This document shows, piece after piece, positions 52,037 to 61,485 of a DNA stretch of 64,000 bases. The notes beneath the pieces were generated by a model. The model searched no databases. It had not been told where the DNA came from and saw only the letters and a list, made by a program, of their open reading frames with translations. Positions within the stretch are counted from its first letter, which is position 1, and the number at the start of each line of letters is the position of its first letter. The stretch is from Dehalococcoidia bacterium (GTDB lineage: Bacteria > Chloroflexota > Dehalococcoidia > Plut-88900): the NCBI GenBank assembly GCA_965207225.1, contig CBDBLV010000003.1:32001-96000 (forward strand), given 5' to 3'. The position numbers and the translations under genes were made by a program.

Positions 52037-52885
52037 ATGAAGAGAAAGCTCTTGAGCCTATCGGCCCTGTTCGCAGTGATAGTCACCGCGACGCTGGCTG
52101 TGGCCTGCACTGACGATTCGTCCGACTTCGAGGAAGCGGTGATGGAAGAGTTGACCGCCATTAGCGCGACGACGGACCAGCTATCCCAATCGTTGGAACA
52201 GGCGCAGTCTGCGGCTGCTGATTCTGACGGAGGCATACTGGTGACCGGGGAAGGCCGTCTCAGCGTGGAGCCGGACCTGGCGGTGCTCAACATTGGTATT
52301 GAGGCGCAGTCAGAGACGGTCTCTCAGGCGAGAACCGATGCGGCTCAGGCAATGTCGAGGGTTGTGGCAGCCGTCAAGGCGCGGGGGCTGTCCGACGCAG
52401 ACATTCAGACCATGTCGTTCAACATCAGACCGGAGTACCGGTATGAGGAGATCGAACGAGACGGCAGCTACGTGAGTGAGCGGAAGCTCGTCGGCTATGT
52501 CGTCGGCAACTTCGCCTTGATCAAGGTGCGCGACATGGACGCCGTCGGTCCGATCATCGACGACGTGGCGGAGGCCGGGGGCGACCTTGCCAGGATCAAC
52601 GGAATCAGCTTCACCGTGGAGGACCCGAAGCCCTTCATGGAGGAACTCCGGAGGGAGGCATTCGAGGAGGCGAAAGCCAAGGCGGAGCAGCTTGCGGGCC
52701 TAGCAGGCGTGACGCTCGGCCAAGCCCTGTCGATAAGCGAGTCCGCCGCGGCGGACGGCTTGCCTGGCTCCGATCTTGACTTCCTGCGCCAGATAGCTGC
52801 CTACGACTACGAGAGCAGCCCCATCAGCGGCGGGGAGACGGAGCTTCGCCTGACGGTCAGAGTCCGGTTTGCCCTGGAGCCGTAG
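52037..52885 (+). CDS. SIMPL (DUF541) lipoprotein
   Basis: VTGEG..SVEPDLA...A..KA..LA..AGV.LG. Confidence 0.85.
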   Translation: MKRKLLSLSALFAVIVTATLAVACTDDSSDFEEAVMEELTAISATTDQLSQSLEQAQSAAADSDGGILVTGEGRLSVEPDLAVLNIGIEAQSETVSQARTDAAQAMSRVVAAVKARGLSDADIQTMSFNIRPEYRYEEIERDGSYVSERKLVGYVVGNFALIKVRDMDAVGPIIDDVAEAGGDLARINGISFTVEDPKPFMEELRREAFEEAKAKAEQLAGLAGVTLGQALSISESAAADGLPGSDLDFLRQIAAYDYESSPISGGETELRLTVRVRFALEP

Positions 52886-53224
52886 ATGAACGCAGTGGAA
52901 GCAAGGACGGCGGCAATGACGAGGACGAAGACCAAACGATGGACCCCATCGGAGCATCTGGAGACCGCAGAGGAGATGGCAGCCTACCTGAACGCCGCCT
53001 TCGAAGAGGACGACGTGCGGCTGATCCTGGCAACGCTGGGGGACATCGCCCGCGCCCGGAGGATGGCGGTGGTGGCGCAGGAGACGGGGCTGGGCAGGGA
53101 GAGCCTCTACAAGTCGCTGTCCGCCGACGGCAACCCGGAGTTCGTCACCATCTTGAAGGTGATGCGCGCCGTGGGACTCAGACTTCAGGCCGCAGTGGTG
53201 CCTGGAGCGAACGACGCCGCCTGA
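52886..53224 (+). CDS. Addiction-module antidote (HTH), without an adjacent toxin
   Basis: LGDIARA..M..VA..TGLGRESLYKSLS..GNP. Confidence 0.85.
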   Translation: MNAVEARTAAMTRTKTKRWTPSEHLETAEEMAAYLNAAFEEDDVRLILATLGDIARARRMAVVAQETGLGRESLYKSLSADGNPEFVTILKVMRAVGLRLQAAVVPGANDAA

Positions 53225-53283
53225 GAGCGTCGCAGTGACGGACGACACGACTGAGGGAACAGACGATTCCAGAGGAGGACGAC

Positions 53284-54948
53284 ATGACGAAGAAGCACCT
53301 ACAGCCCCTGACGCCGGCGGCGCTCTACGCCAGGGTGTCCAGCGACCGCCAGGACGTGGACCTGTCCGTGTCCGCCCAGCTTCGGGCGCTCAAGGAGTAC
53401 GCCAGGGCCAACGGCTACTCCGTGGCCCGGGAGTACATCGACGAGGCCGAGAGCGGGCGAGTCGCCGACCGGCCCCAGTTCCGGGAGATGATCGACGAGG
53501 GCTCCAAGCCCCAGGCGCCTTTTGCGGTGATTTTAGTCTGGAAGTTTTCGAGATTCACCCGCAAGCGGGAGCACGCCGTGGCCTTCAAGTCCCAGCTGCG
53601 GCGCAAGGGCATCCGGGTGGTGTCCATCACCGAGCAGGCCGAGGACAACGCCACCGGCAGGCTGCTGGAGGGCATCATCGAGAGCGTCGATGAATACTAC
53701 AGCGAGAATTTGGCGCAGGAGGTCGTCCGGGGCATGAGGGAGGCTGCGTCGCGGGGTTTCTTCCTCGGCTCGAAGGCACCCTTCGGCTACAAGAAGATCA
53801 AGGTGCAGGACGGCCCCAAGGAGCGCCCCTCGCTGGAGGTGGACCCGGCCACGGCTCCTGTAGTGAAGGAGATATTCGAGAAGTCTCTAAACGGTCACGG
53901 ACTCAAGGAGCTTTGCAAGGAACTGAACGACCGGGGCGTCACCAACCGGGGCAAGCGCTGGTACAAGGGCGGTCTCCACTACGTGCTGCGGAACGAGGCG
54001 TACACCGGAACAGCGGTGTGGGGACTCAAGGGCAAGGGAGAGAAGACCCAGGACCCGGTGAGGGTTGAGGGAGCGTGGCCCGCGCTGGTGTCGAGGGAGT
54101 TGTTCGACGAGGTTCAGCAAGCCATGAGCGAGCGCGCCCCGAAGGTGCAGAGGCCCGCGAGGGTGGGAAGCCCCTATCTGCTGAGCGGCCTGCTCAAGTG
54201 CGGGGTGTGCGGCAGGCCCTACTCGGCCCAGGGAGCCAAGAGCGGCCAGTTCGCCTACTACATCTGCGGGACGCTGTTCCGGGAGGGAGCGGGGACGTGC
54301 AGTGCCCGCTACCTGAACGCTTCCAGGGTGGAGGAGTTCGTGGTGGAGAAGATCAGGGAGCGCATCCTCACCGAGGAGACCATCGTGGAGCTGGTGCAGC
54401 TTGTGGCGGAGGAGATCGACGCGATGGCCGGTGAGCTTGCAGGGAGGCTGGAGTCTGTGGAGGCGGAGTTGTCCGACGTGCAGAGGCGTCTTGGGAAGCT
54501 CTACGAGGCCATCGAGACGAGCGACCTGACGCTGGAGGTGCTGTCGCCCCGCATCATGTCCCTGCGGCACCGCGAGGAGCAATTGGAGGCTGCGCGTGAG
54601 GACGCCGAGACCCAGCTGGAACAGCGGAGAGTGGAATTGCCCGACACCGAGGAAATCGCGCGGTACGTGGCGGACTTCCGGGACTTCCTGAAGCAGGGGA
54701 CGATACCGGAGCGCAAGGCGCTCATCCGCAACTTCGTGGAGGGCATCGAGGTGGAGGGAAACGAGGCGACGCTGACGTACACGGTCCCCATGCCGAGCGA
54801 CGGCGTGACCAGGGAATCGGCCTCGGTTCTTGATTTCGTCCAGTTCAGCCCACCAGACTTGACGGTAGACAGAACCGGAGCGTGCAAAGCCACCTCCTCG
54901 GCGTCCCTTCCCCCTATGGGAGCATCCTCCGGCATGGGTATGGAGTAG
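53284..54948 (+). CDS. Large serine recombinase, type A (copy 2)
   Basis: Close paralog of 25409..27073. Confidence 0.95.
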   Translation: MTKKHLQPLTPAALYARVSSDRQDVDLSVSAQLRALKEYARANGYSVAREYIDEAESGRVADRPQFREMIDEGSKPQAPFAVILVWKFSRFTRKREHAVAFKSQLRRKGIRVVSITEQAEDNATGRLLEGIIESVDEYYSENLAQEVVRGMREAASRGFFLGSKAPFGYKKIKVQDGPKERPSLEVDPATAPVVKEIFEKSLNGHGLKELCKELNDRGVTNRGKRWYKGGLHYVLRNEAYTGTAVWGLKGKGEKTQDPVRVEGAWPALVSRELFDEVQQAMSERAPKVQRPARVGSPYLLSGLLKCGVCGRPYSAQGAKSGQFAYYICGTLFREGAGTCSARYLNASRVEEFVVEKIRERILTEETIVELVQLVAEEIDAMAGELAGRLESVEAELSDVQRRLGKLYEAIETSDLTLEVLSPRIMSLRHREEQLEAAREDAETQLEQRRVELPDTEEIARYVADFRDFLKQGTIPERKALIRNFVEGIEVEGNEATLTYTVPMPSDGVTRESASVLDFVQFSPPDLTVDRTGACKATSSASLPPMGASSGMGME

Positions 54949-56432
54949 CGTAGCAGCGCGTTCCCCGGCATCACGACGATCTCCTTCACGAAGGACTCGA
55001 TGAAGGCCCTCCGCTCGGTCAGCTCGCTCTCGTTGAGGAACACGCTCAGGTCCTGGGCATAGGCCGTGATGGTCTCCACGTCGTCCAGCACCTCCCTGCG
55101 CTGGGAGAGAATGGCCCTGGCCTCAACAGCCGACGCCTCCAGCTTCTCCTGCCGCTCCCTGTGGTCTCTGATGCGGGGCTTGAAGTCCTCGATGTCCAGA
55201 TCGGTAGTCTCCGCTAGGTCGTAGAGCCGCCCCAGCCTGCGCTTCACGTCCTCAAGCTCAGACTCGATGGTCTGAAGCTTCTGCCGCTGCTCCTTTGCGA
55301 TGCCGTCCATCTCCTCGTCCACCAGCTTCACCAACTCCCGGATGTTGGAGTCGGTGAGCACATTCTGACGTATCTTCCCCACCACCATCTCCTCGAAGCG
55401 CCGTGCGTTGAGCCTGGGAGTCTCGCAGGCGTGCCTGCCCCGTTTCATGATCGACTGGCAGACGTAGTAGGCATACTTCCCGCTCTTGGCGTCCTGGCCG
55501 CTGAGCGCCCCGTCGCACGCCTTACACTTGACCATCCCGCTGAGCAGGTAGGTGCTTCCCACCCTGCGGGGGTGAGTCTTCCTGGGAGCGCGGGAGCGCA
55601 TGCGCCTGTTCACCCTCTTGAACTGGGCCTTGGAGATGATTCCGGGAAACGCCTTGTCCACCCTCACCGGCTCATCCTTGCCCTTTCCGCCGACGCCCCA
55701 GAGGAGGGTTCCGGCGTAGGCTTCGTTGCGGAGGATGATGTGGACGCCGTTCTTGGACCAGAGCCTGCCCGTGGGATTGGCGATGCCCTCTGTGTTGAGG
55801 GTCTGGGCGATGTCCAGGATGCCCCTGCCCGACTCGGCCATGGAGAAGATGCGCTGGACCACGGGAGCGGTGGCGGGATCGGGCTCCAGGGTTGGGCGCT
55901 TCTTGGCCCCGTCCTGTACCATGCGCTTGGCGTAGCCGTAGGGCACGCGGCTGGCGACCCAAAAGCCTCTGGAGGCCGCTTCCCGCATCCCCCGCCGAAC
56001 TTCCTCGGCAAGATTTTCCGAGTAAAACTCGTCCACCGACTCGATGATGGCCTCCATGAGCCTGCCGGTGGCGGAGTCGTCTGCGTGCTCGGTGATGGAG
56101 ACGACGCGGACGCCCTTGCGCCTGAGCATGGACTTGAAGGCGACGGCGTGCTCACGCTTGCGGGTGAACCTGCTAAATTTCCAAACAAGAATCTCCGCAA
56201 ACGGGGCCTCCGGCTTGCTGGCCTCGTCCAGCATCTTGCGGAACTGGGGCCGGTCGGCGATGCGTCCGCTCTCGGCCTCGTCGATGTACTCCCGTGCGAC
56301 GGTGTAGCCGTTCTTGTCGGCGTAGTCGCGCAATGCCCGCAGCTGGGCGGCCACGGACAGGTCCACGTCCTGGCGGTCGCTGGAGACCCTGGCGTACAGG
56401 GCGACGGGTATCAGGTCGGTCCGTTCACTCAT
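54501..56432 (-). CDS. Large serine recombinase, type B (copy 2)
   Basis: Close paralog of 26626..28557; AAGGAGG RBS. Confidence 0.95.
   Translation of the reverse strand: MSERTDLIPVALYARVSSDRQDVDLSVAAQLRALRDYADKNGYTVAREYIDEAESGRIADRPQFRKMLDEASKPEAPFAEILVWKFSRFTRKREHAVAFKSMLRRKGVRVVSITEHADDSATGRLMEAIIESVDEFYSENLAEEVRRGMREAASRGFWVASRVPYGYAKRMVQDGAKKRPTLEPDPATAPVVQRIFSMAESGRGILDIAQTLNTEGIANPTGRLWSKNGVHIILRNEAYAGTLLWGVGGKGKDEPVRVDKAFPGIISKAQFKRVNRRMRSRAPRKTHPRRVGSTYLLSGMVKCKACDGALSGQDAKSGKYAYYVCQSIMKRGRHACETPRLNARRFEEMVVGKIRQNVLTDSNIRELVKLVDEEMDGIAKEQRQKLQTIESELEDVKRRLGRLYDLAETTDLDIEDFKPRIRDHRERQEKLEASAVEARAILSQRREVLDDVETITAYAQDLSVFLNESELTERRAFIESFVKEIVVMPGNALLRYSIPMPEDAPIGGRDAEEVALHAPVLSTVKSGGLNWTKSRTEADSLVTPSLGMGTVYVSVASFPSTSMPSTKLRMSALRSGIVPCFRKSRKSATYRAISSVSGNSTLRCSSWVSASSRAASNCSSRCRRDMMRGDSTSSVRSLVSMAS
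54825..54876. other. Head-to-head hybrid att site
   Basis: GGTTCTTGATTTCGTCCAGTT-CAGCCCACCA-GACTTGACGGTAGACAGAACC. Confidence 0.85.
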
Positions 56433-56486
56433 TGGTTCCTCCTTCGTATCGGCCATACTGTTCGGCGTCGTGCGAGTAGAGGCTTC

Positions 56487-57605
56487 TCACCGCGCTGGAT
56501 TCGCCCCCCAGCACTCCGTCAGGCCCTGTTCGGCGTCAATGGACGGCACCCCGGCGACCGGCTCCGCACTCACCAACGCCACGCCCGTATCGTGGAAGCC
56601 GAGGTCGGTTGCGGGCTGCGGCTTCTGTCCGGTCTTGGCGAACTCGACCACGGCCTCAACGCCCTGCATTGCCATCCGAACCGGAAACTGCATGGCGGTG
56701 GCTCCAAGCTCTCCGCTGGCGACCCTGTTCACTCCGGAACAGGCCCCGTCGATGGTGACGATCAGCACCTCGCGCTCCAGCCCCATGGAACGGAGCGCCG
56801 TGTATGCTCCCGCCGCCGCGGGCTCGTTGATGGCGTACACCAGGCGGATCGACGGGTCCATGCGCATCAGTCGCTCCATCGCGCTGCGTCCACCTGCTTC
56901 CGCGCCCATGGTGGCAGCGCTGCCGGCGATGCGCGGGTCGTCCTCGTCGTACTTCACCCCCGGGTCCTTGATGTCGATGCCGAAGCCGTGGAGGAAGCCC
57001 TGGTTGCGCATCACGTCGACGGTGACCGGCGTCTCGTAACCGTCCAGCGTCGCGATCCGCGTCCGGGCCGCCAGCGGCCCCAGCTTCTCCCGCGCCCAGA
57101 TGCCGACTAGTTCACCGGCCCGGAAGTTGTCGGTGGCGAAGGTGGCGTCAACCGTGTCCGGCAGGTCGAAGGGTGTGTCGAGGGCGATCACCAGCACGCC
57201 CTCCGCACGCGCTTGCGCGACCGACGGGGCGAGGGCCAGCGGGTCCGACGGGGTGATGAGGATGCCCTTCGCGCCCGCCGCGACCAGTTCCTCGATGGCC
57301 GCTATCTGCGCCTGTGCATCCCCGTCGTAGGCGCCGCTGTAGGTGCGCAGTTCGACGCCGAGCTCCCCGGCGCGCTCAAGCGCCACCTCGGCCATGGTGA
57401 CGAAGAAGGGGTTGCCCTCGGTCTTGGTAATCATCCCCACGACCACGAGGTCGGCCTCGGTGGAAGCAGGTTCCTGAGCGCAACCGATGAAAATCACGAC
57501 GATAAGGCAGAACGACATGGCGACGAAGGACGGCACCCTGGCAGACATGGCAACAGGCGTGCGGCCATTCGTCCGATTCATAGGTACGTTCTGCTCTCGT
57601 TTCAT
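56487..57605 (-). CDS. Sugar ABC transporter substrate-binding lipoprotein (fructose/ribose-type), orphan
   Basis: ITKTEGNPFF...VIALDT...ATDNF.AG...INEPAA.GA. Confidence 0.85.
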   Translation of the reverse strand: MKREQNVPMNRTNGRTPVAMSARVPSFVAMSFCLIVVIFIGCAQEPASTEADLVVVGMITKTEGNPFFVTMAEVALERAGELGVELRTYSGAYDGDAQAQIAAIEELVAAGAKGILITPSDPLALAPSVAQARAEGVLVIALDTPFDLPDTVDATFATDNFRAGELVGIWAREKLGPLAARTRIATLDGYETPVTVDVMRNQGFLHGFGIDIKDPGVKYDEDDPRIAGSAATMGAEAGGRSAMERLMRMDPSIRLVYAINEPAAAGAYTALRSMGLEREVLIVTIDGACSGVNRVASGELGATAMQFPVRMAMQGVEAVVEFAKTGQKPQPATDLGFHDTGVALVSAEPVAGVPSIDAEQGLTECWGANPAR

Positions 57606-57607
57606 CC

Positions 57608-57832
57608 CTATTCGTCCCGGGCTGAGCGCCGCCGCTGCATTCGTTCCTTGATACGCCACTCCCGTTCCTCCATGTACAGGCGGATGGCCTCCCGGAGCAC
57701 CTCGCTCAGGGTGCGGCTCTCGTCCTTCACCACCTGTCGCACCTGTTGGGCCATCTCTGGGGGCAGGGAGAAGGTGATGGTGTCGGTGTTCCTCGGCTTG
57801 ACGGGCAACGTGCGCTCCCCATTTTTGTCCAT
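57608..57832 (-). CDS. RHH regulator (third paralog)
   Basis: ITFSLPPEMAQQV...SEVLREAIRLY; true start may be TTG at 57808. Confidence 0.8.
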   Translation of the reverse strand: MDKNGERTLPVKPRNTDTITFSLPPEMAQQVRQVVKDESRTLSEVLREAIRLYMEEREWRIKERMQRRRSARDE

Positions 57833-59006
57833 TGATATAGTGTAGCGTCTTACTCTCTATCATCCCCCATCGGCAACCCCGCCGTCAAGGGAGAGATGGC
57901 AGGAACCGGGCCGGGAGACCCTGACCCTGCGATTTTGCTGCGACAGTGTTGCACCATTGCAGCGAGCAATCTGCCAGCGTGGGCAAGGTCCGTCTCAGGT
58001 CGTCTGGAGCCGTCAAATGACTCCCCGGATGCCGGATGTGATGTGCTACCCGTGTACAAGGATTTGTGTCAGTTCCCAAAAGGGAAGTCGGGGCTGTTCT
58101 GAAGCTGAATCAGGCCGAAACGGAGGGTGTTGCTAAACGAGAGCGAGCACTTCGATATAAGGGCAGGTTCACCCGATTCGGGCAAGACTTCCCAAAAGGG
58201 AACTGAGGGCATTGGGTGCCTAGAGCGTCTCTTCAGCTACATAGGAGCCACAACGCAGCGAGCGATCCGGCGGGGCCGGTTAAGGCGGCCGATACGCCTT
58301 CTGAAGCTGCCCGGAGCTCCTTCGGGGGCCGGTTTTGATGTCGTGGGGGTGTACAGGGATTGGCGTCAGTTGCAGAAATGCAAGTCGGGGGCGCTTCCAA
58401 GCTGAAATCGGGCGAAAGGGAGGGGAGGTTGGCAAGTGAGCAAGCAATGTTTGGTCGGGGCGTGTTCCACGGCGTTGGGTGAGAGTTGCAGAAATGCAAG
58501 TCGGCAAGATGGCCACATCGGAGCCGCATCGCAGCAAGCGATGCCGAGGCCCTCTGGGACGGCGACAGTACGATGGTTGACACGTCACGCGGCCGAGAGC
58601 GCCCTCCAGGCCGAGAAGGAGATGGGCGGCGCTCCCGCCGGTTCTGCAACGAATTGTACTTTTGGGAGCTGTTGGGGGCTGACACGGTAAGTAGTGGGAA
58701 TGGCCTTTTGTCCCCTATAGGAAGTCCTGGGAACGGCTCGGTGGGACAAGTTGCGGCATGTTGCGCAGTCTGCGGCGTCCGTGTGTGAGACGTAGTGGCC
58801 GGGCGGCTGTAGGCAGGGACCGTAGCTGGGAGGCGAGGGTGACGGGGTGTGTGACGCGGCGGCGAAAAGGGCCTGATGGGTCGGTTCTGCAACGGACTGT
58901 ACTTCTGAGGGCGGTAGCGAGATTGGTGACCGGTCATGTGGGCAAGTTGTCCCAGCAAGGCTGCTGGGACGACCCCTATTGGAAGGGTTCGGAACGGAAA
59001 GGGCGG

Positions 59007-61046
59007 TCATTGCGCAGGCTGATGCATCACGGAAATCGGCCTTCTGTGGAGGGAATATGGCGGGGGCAGTATCCATGAATCCCCCAGGACGCCGTGCTCG
59101 GCAAGGTCCACAGTGTTCGATGTGACGATGGGCGCGTCGTCCTCTGCGTCGGCGACGTCGAGGAAGGCTGACTCAGTAGCGGGGGACTCGAAGACGAAGA
59201 GCACGTGAGGCAGGTGTCCCCCGTGGTCTCGCTTCGCCCAGCCACTACGGAAGTAGCGCCGGTAGGACCTCAGGCGTTTGGGGATGCGCTTTGGTGTTGT
59301 GGCTCTCCGCTCGAACTCCAGAAGGAACGGACGCCACTCGCCCTTGTACTCCAGGGTGAAGGAGGCGTCGGGGTGGATGGCGTAGGTGGTCTGGTCGTGG
59401 CGGTAGCCGATGCTGGAGCGGTGGGTGGGCAGCAGGTCGAACAGGTCGTAGTCCGGGGAATTAGCGACCTCGGCTGAGAGGGCTGAAGCGAAGCGGACGA
59501 CGCCGGCGTGGTGGCGCAGCTGGGCGGCCAGGGCGCGCAGGGCTGTCCCGACGTAGACGGAGGGCTTCCTGAGGGTGAGTTCAGGGCTCCAGCGGTCGAG
59601 GGTGAGGCCGACGGCGGCCCGGTCCCGGCGGGCCAGATGCGTCAACCCCTCGTCGGTGAGCATGAGCAGGGAGCCGTCCTCCCGCACTAGGCCGTGCTCA
59701 CGGAGGGAGCGGAGCACCTGGTTGACCCGGCGCAGGGTGACGCCGCCCATCAGTCCCGCAAGCTGCTCACGGGTGCATAGGGGCCATGCCGACAGCAGGT
59801 TCAGGGCGTCCTTCCCGGCGCGGGTGAGTTGCGCCGAGAGAGATGACGTGAGTTGCTCGCCAGGCTCCGGCATGGCGGCCTTCACACGGGAGGAGTAGAG
59901 GTCTTCGAGCTCGGGCCTCGGGTTGTCGCGGAAGAATGAATGAGACTTGTCCAGCAGCCGATCCATCCAGGCCATGATGCTTCTCAGGGACGCGCCGGGG
60001 TCGATAGGCACGGGCGGGTCGATGTCCCGTCCGTCTCCGCACTGTTGCCAGACGGCGCCGGTGTGGGCAACGGCCAGGAGCTCCCCTTCCGTCGCCGCGA
60101 AGGTCCTGCGGTGCTCCGATGGGTCTCCCAGTGAGCGTATGGCCCTGCGGGTGGCCTGGTCGGCATGGGTCAGGACCAGGGTGGCGAAGGGCCTCTCCCG
60201 GCTGGGGAGGCGCTCGACGCTTCTAAGGCGGTAGCGCAGGTTGGAGGTGGGCAGGGTCGCTCCCTGGCGGATGATGCCGATGGAGCGTCCACCGGACATG
60301 GTGATCAGCATGTCGTAGGGGCCGCTGCGGTAGTGGTCCACGCGCACGGGCTTCTCATGCGGGTCAGCATCGGCGATCATGGCGGCGACGCGGTAGTGCA
60401 CGGCCACGGCGTCCATACGCTCGGCCAGCAGCCGGACCCACTGCCTGGACACCGGGTACTCGCTGAGGAAGTGGTCCGTGCCGTGCTCGATCCGCCCTCC
60501 GGCGACGATCCCCTGCTTCGTGGGGAAGTAACGGCGCTGGGGCCGGGAGCCGAGAATGCCCAGGTGGTGCGGCACGGAGGCCGCCAGGCCCCGACTGGCG
60601 AGCTTGCCTAGGCGTTCTCTCATAGTGGAGGCTGGGACTCTGCCGAAGCGGGAGAGTTCGTCCACGGTGGCCAGGGGTGTGGCGCAGACCAGCCGGAGAG
60701 CGTCCTCAAGGGCCTCGGACAGGCGCTTGGAACCGGTCGCCGGGCCGCCGTCCTTCAGCCGCCGTCTGGCTCGCGCTTGGAGTATCAGCCGCTCCTCGGC
60801 GTCCTCCACCGCCTCTGGTCTGTCGCCCACTTGCTCCAGCACCGCGCTGGGGATAGCGCGCCCGGCGTGGCCCCGGTCGAGGAAGCGCCACAGGGTGTGA
60901 CGGGACACGCCGAGGGTCTCGGCCGCCTTGGGCCTCCCGTGCAGCACGGCGTAGGTGCGCACGTAGTCCCGGACCGCCTCATCGAGGTCCGCTCCACCCT
61001 GCGCCGCGCCGTTCGATGCTTGTGTTCGTGTATCCGTGGCTGCCAC
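59007..61046 (-). CDS. HTH plus replication-relaxation-like protein, divergent subtype
   Basis: Shares YP.SR.W..LL..RMDAVA..YR and PDA...LE.E with the 20571 family; extra N-terminal HTH. Confidence 0.65.
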   Translation of the reverse strand: MAATDTRTQASNGAAQGGADLDEAVRDYVRTYAVLHGRPKAAETLGVSRHTLWRFLDRGHAGRAIPSAVLEQVGDRPEAVEDAEERLILQARARRRLKDGGPATGSKRLSEALEDALRLVCATPLATVDELSRFGRVPASTMRERLGKLASRGLAASVPHHLGILGSRPQRRYFPTKQGIVAGGRIEHGTDHFLSEYPVSRQWVRLLAERMDAVAVHYRVAAMIADADPHEKPVRVDHYRSGPYDMLITMSGGRSIGIIRQGATLPTSNLRYRLRSVERLPSRERPFATLVLTHADQATRRAIRSLGDPSEHRRTFAATEGELLAVAHTGAVWQQCGDGRDIDPPVPIDPGASLRSIMAWMDRLLDKSHSFFRDNPRPELEDLYSSRVKAAMPEPGEQLTSSLSAQLTRAGKDALNLLSAWPLCTREQLAGLMGGVTLRRVNQVLRSLREHGLVREDGSLLMLTDEGLTHLARRDRAAVGLTLDRWSPELTLRKPSVYVGTALRALAAQLRHHAGVVRFASALSAEVANSPDYDLFDLLPTHRSSIGYRHDQTTYAIHPDASFTLEYKGEWRPFLLEFERRATTPKRIPKRLRSYRRYFRSGWAKRDHGGHLPHVLFVFESPATESAFLDVADAEDDAPIVTSNTVDLAEHGVLGDSWILPPPYSLHRRPISVMHQPAQ

Positions 61047-61245
61047 TTGGTTCTCCGCTTGTCAGCAAGTCCCAACGTCCCATCTTGAACGGCAAATTGT
61101 TCGCATGTAACGCCTTGCAAGCCGTTGTATTGGCGTGGGATTTGTGGTAGAGGCGGGGCCGTGATCACGATGCCCTGAGCCGCCGCCAGGATGACGCAGC
61201 CTTGAGGATGCGGCATTGAGGATGCGGGGCTTGCTTGATGGCGGT

Positions 61246-61485
61246 TCATCCGCCGGCGTCTCTGCCGGACGGCAGGTCTGTCCGCTCGTCCGCTGCCTTG
61301 GGTATCTCACCCCGCAGATGGGCGCGGACGATCATCCGGGCCAGGATGCGCAGCCCGTGTTGGAGCTGAGCTCGCTGCTCGGCGGTGTAGGGCTCCCTCG
61401 GCCCGTCGATGGAGGGATCGGAAGCGTCTCCTCCGCTCCTCTTCCTTTGCCCGTTCCTTGTATCTTCTCTATTGCCGTCTCTCAT
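61246..61485 (-). CDS. Small element protein (GLRILARMIVRAHL)
   Basis: 79-aa ORF upstream of the relaxase-like gene; degenerate similar motif near 62445-62490. Confidence 0.5.
   Translation of the reverse strand: MRDGNREDTRNGQRKRSGGDASDPSIDGPREPYTAEQRAQLQHGLRILARMIVRAHLRGEIPKAADERTDLPSGRDAGG

Larger units (their letters stand above)
35934..54850 (+). mobile_element. Integrative element C (type-A recombinase), ~19 kb
   Basis: Bounded by core plus A' arm (35939) and A arm plus core (54825-54855). Confidence 0.75.

Noticed and set aside
20571-56432. Prophage or self-transmissible ICE interpretation
   Set aside because: No structural, terminase, VirB4 or coupling-protein genes recognised.
55431-57110. 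559-aa plus-strand ORF and similar long antisense ORFs over recombinase and relaxase genes
   Set aside because: Shadows of well-supported opposite-strand genes.
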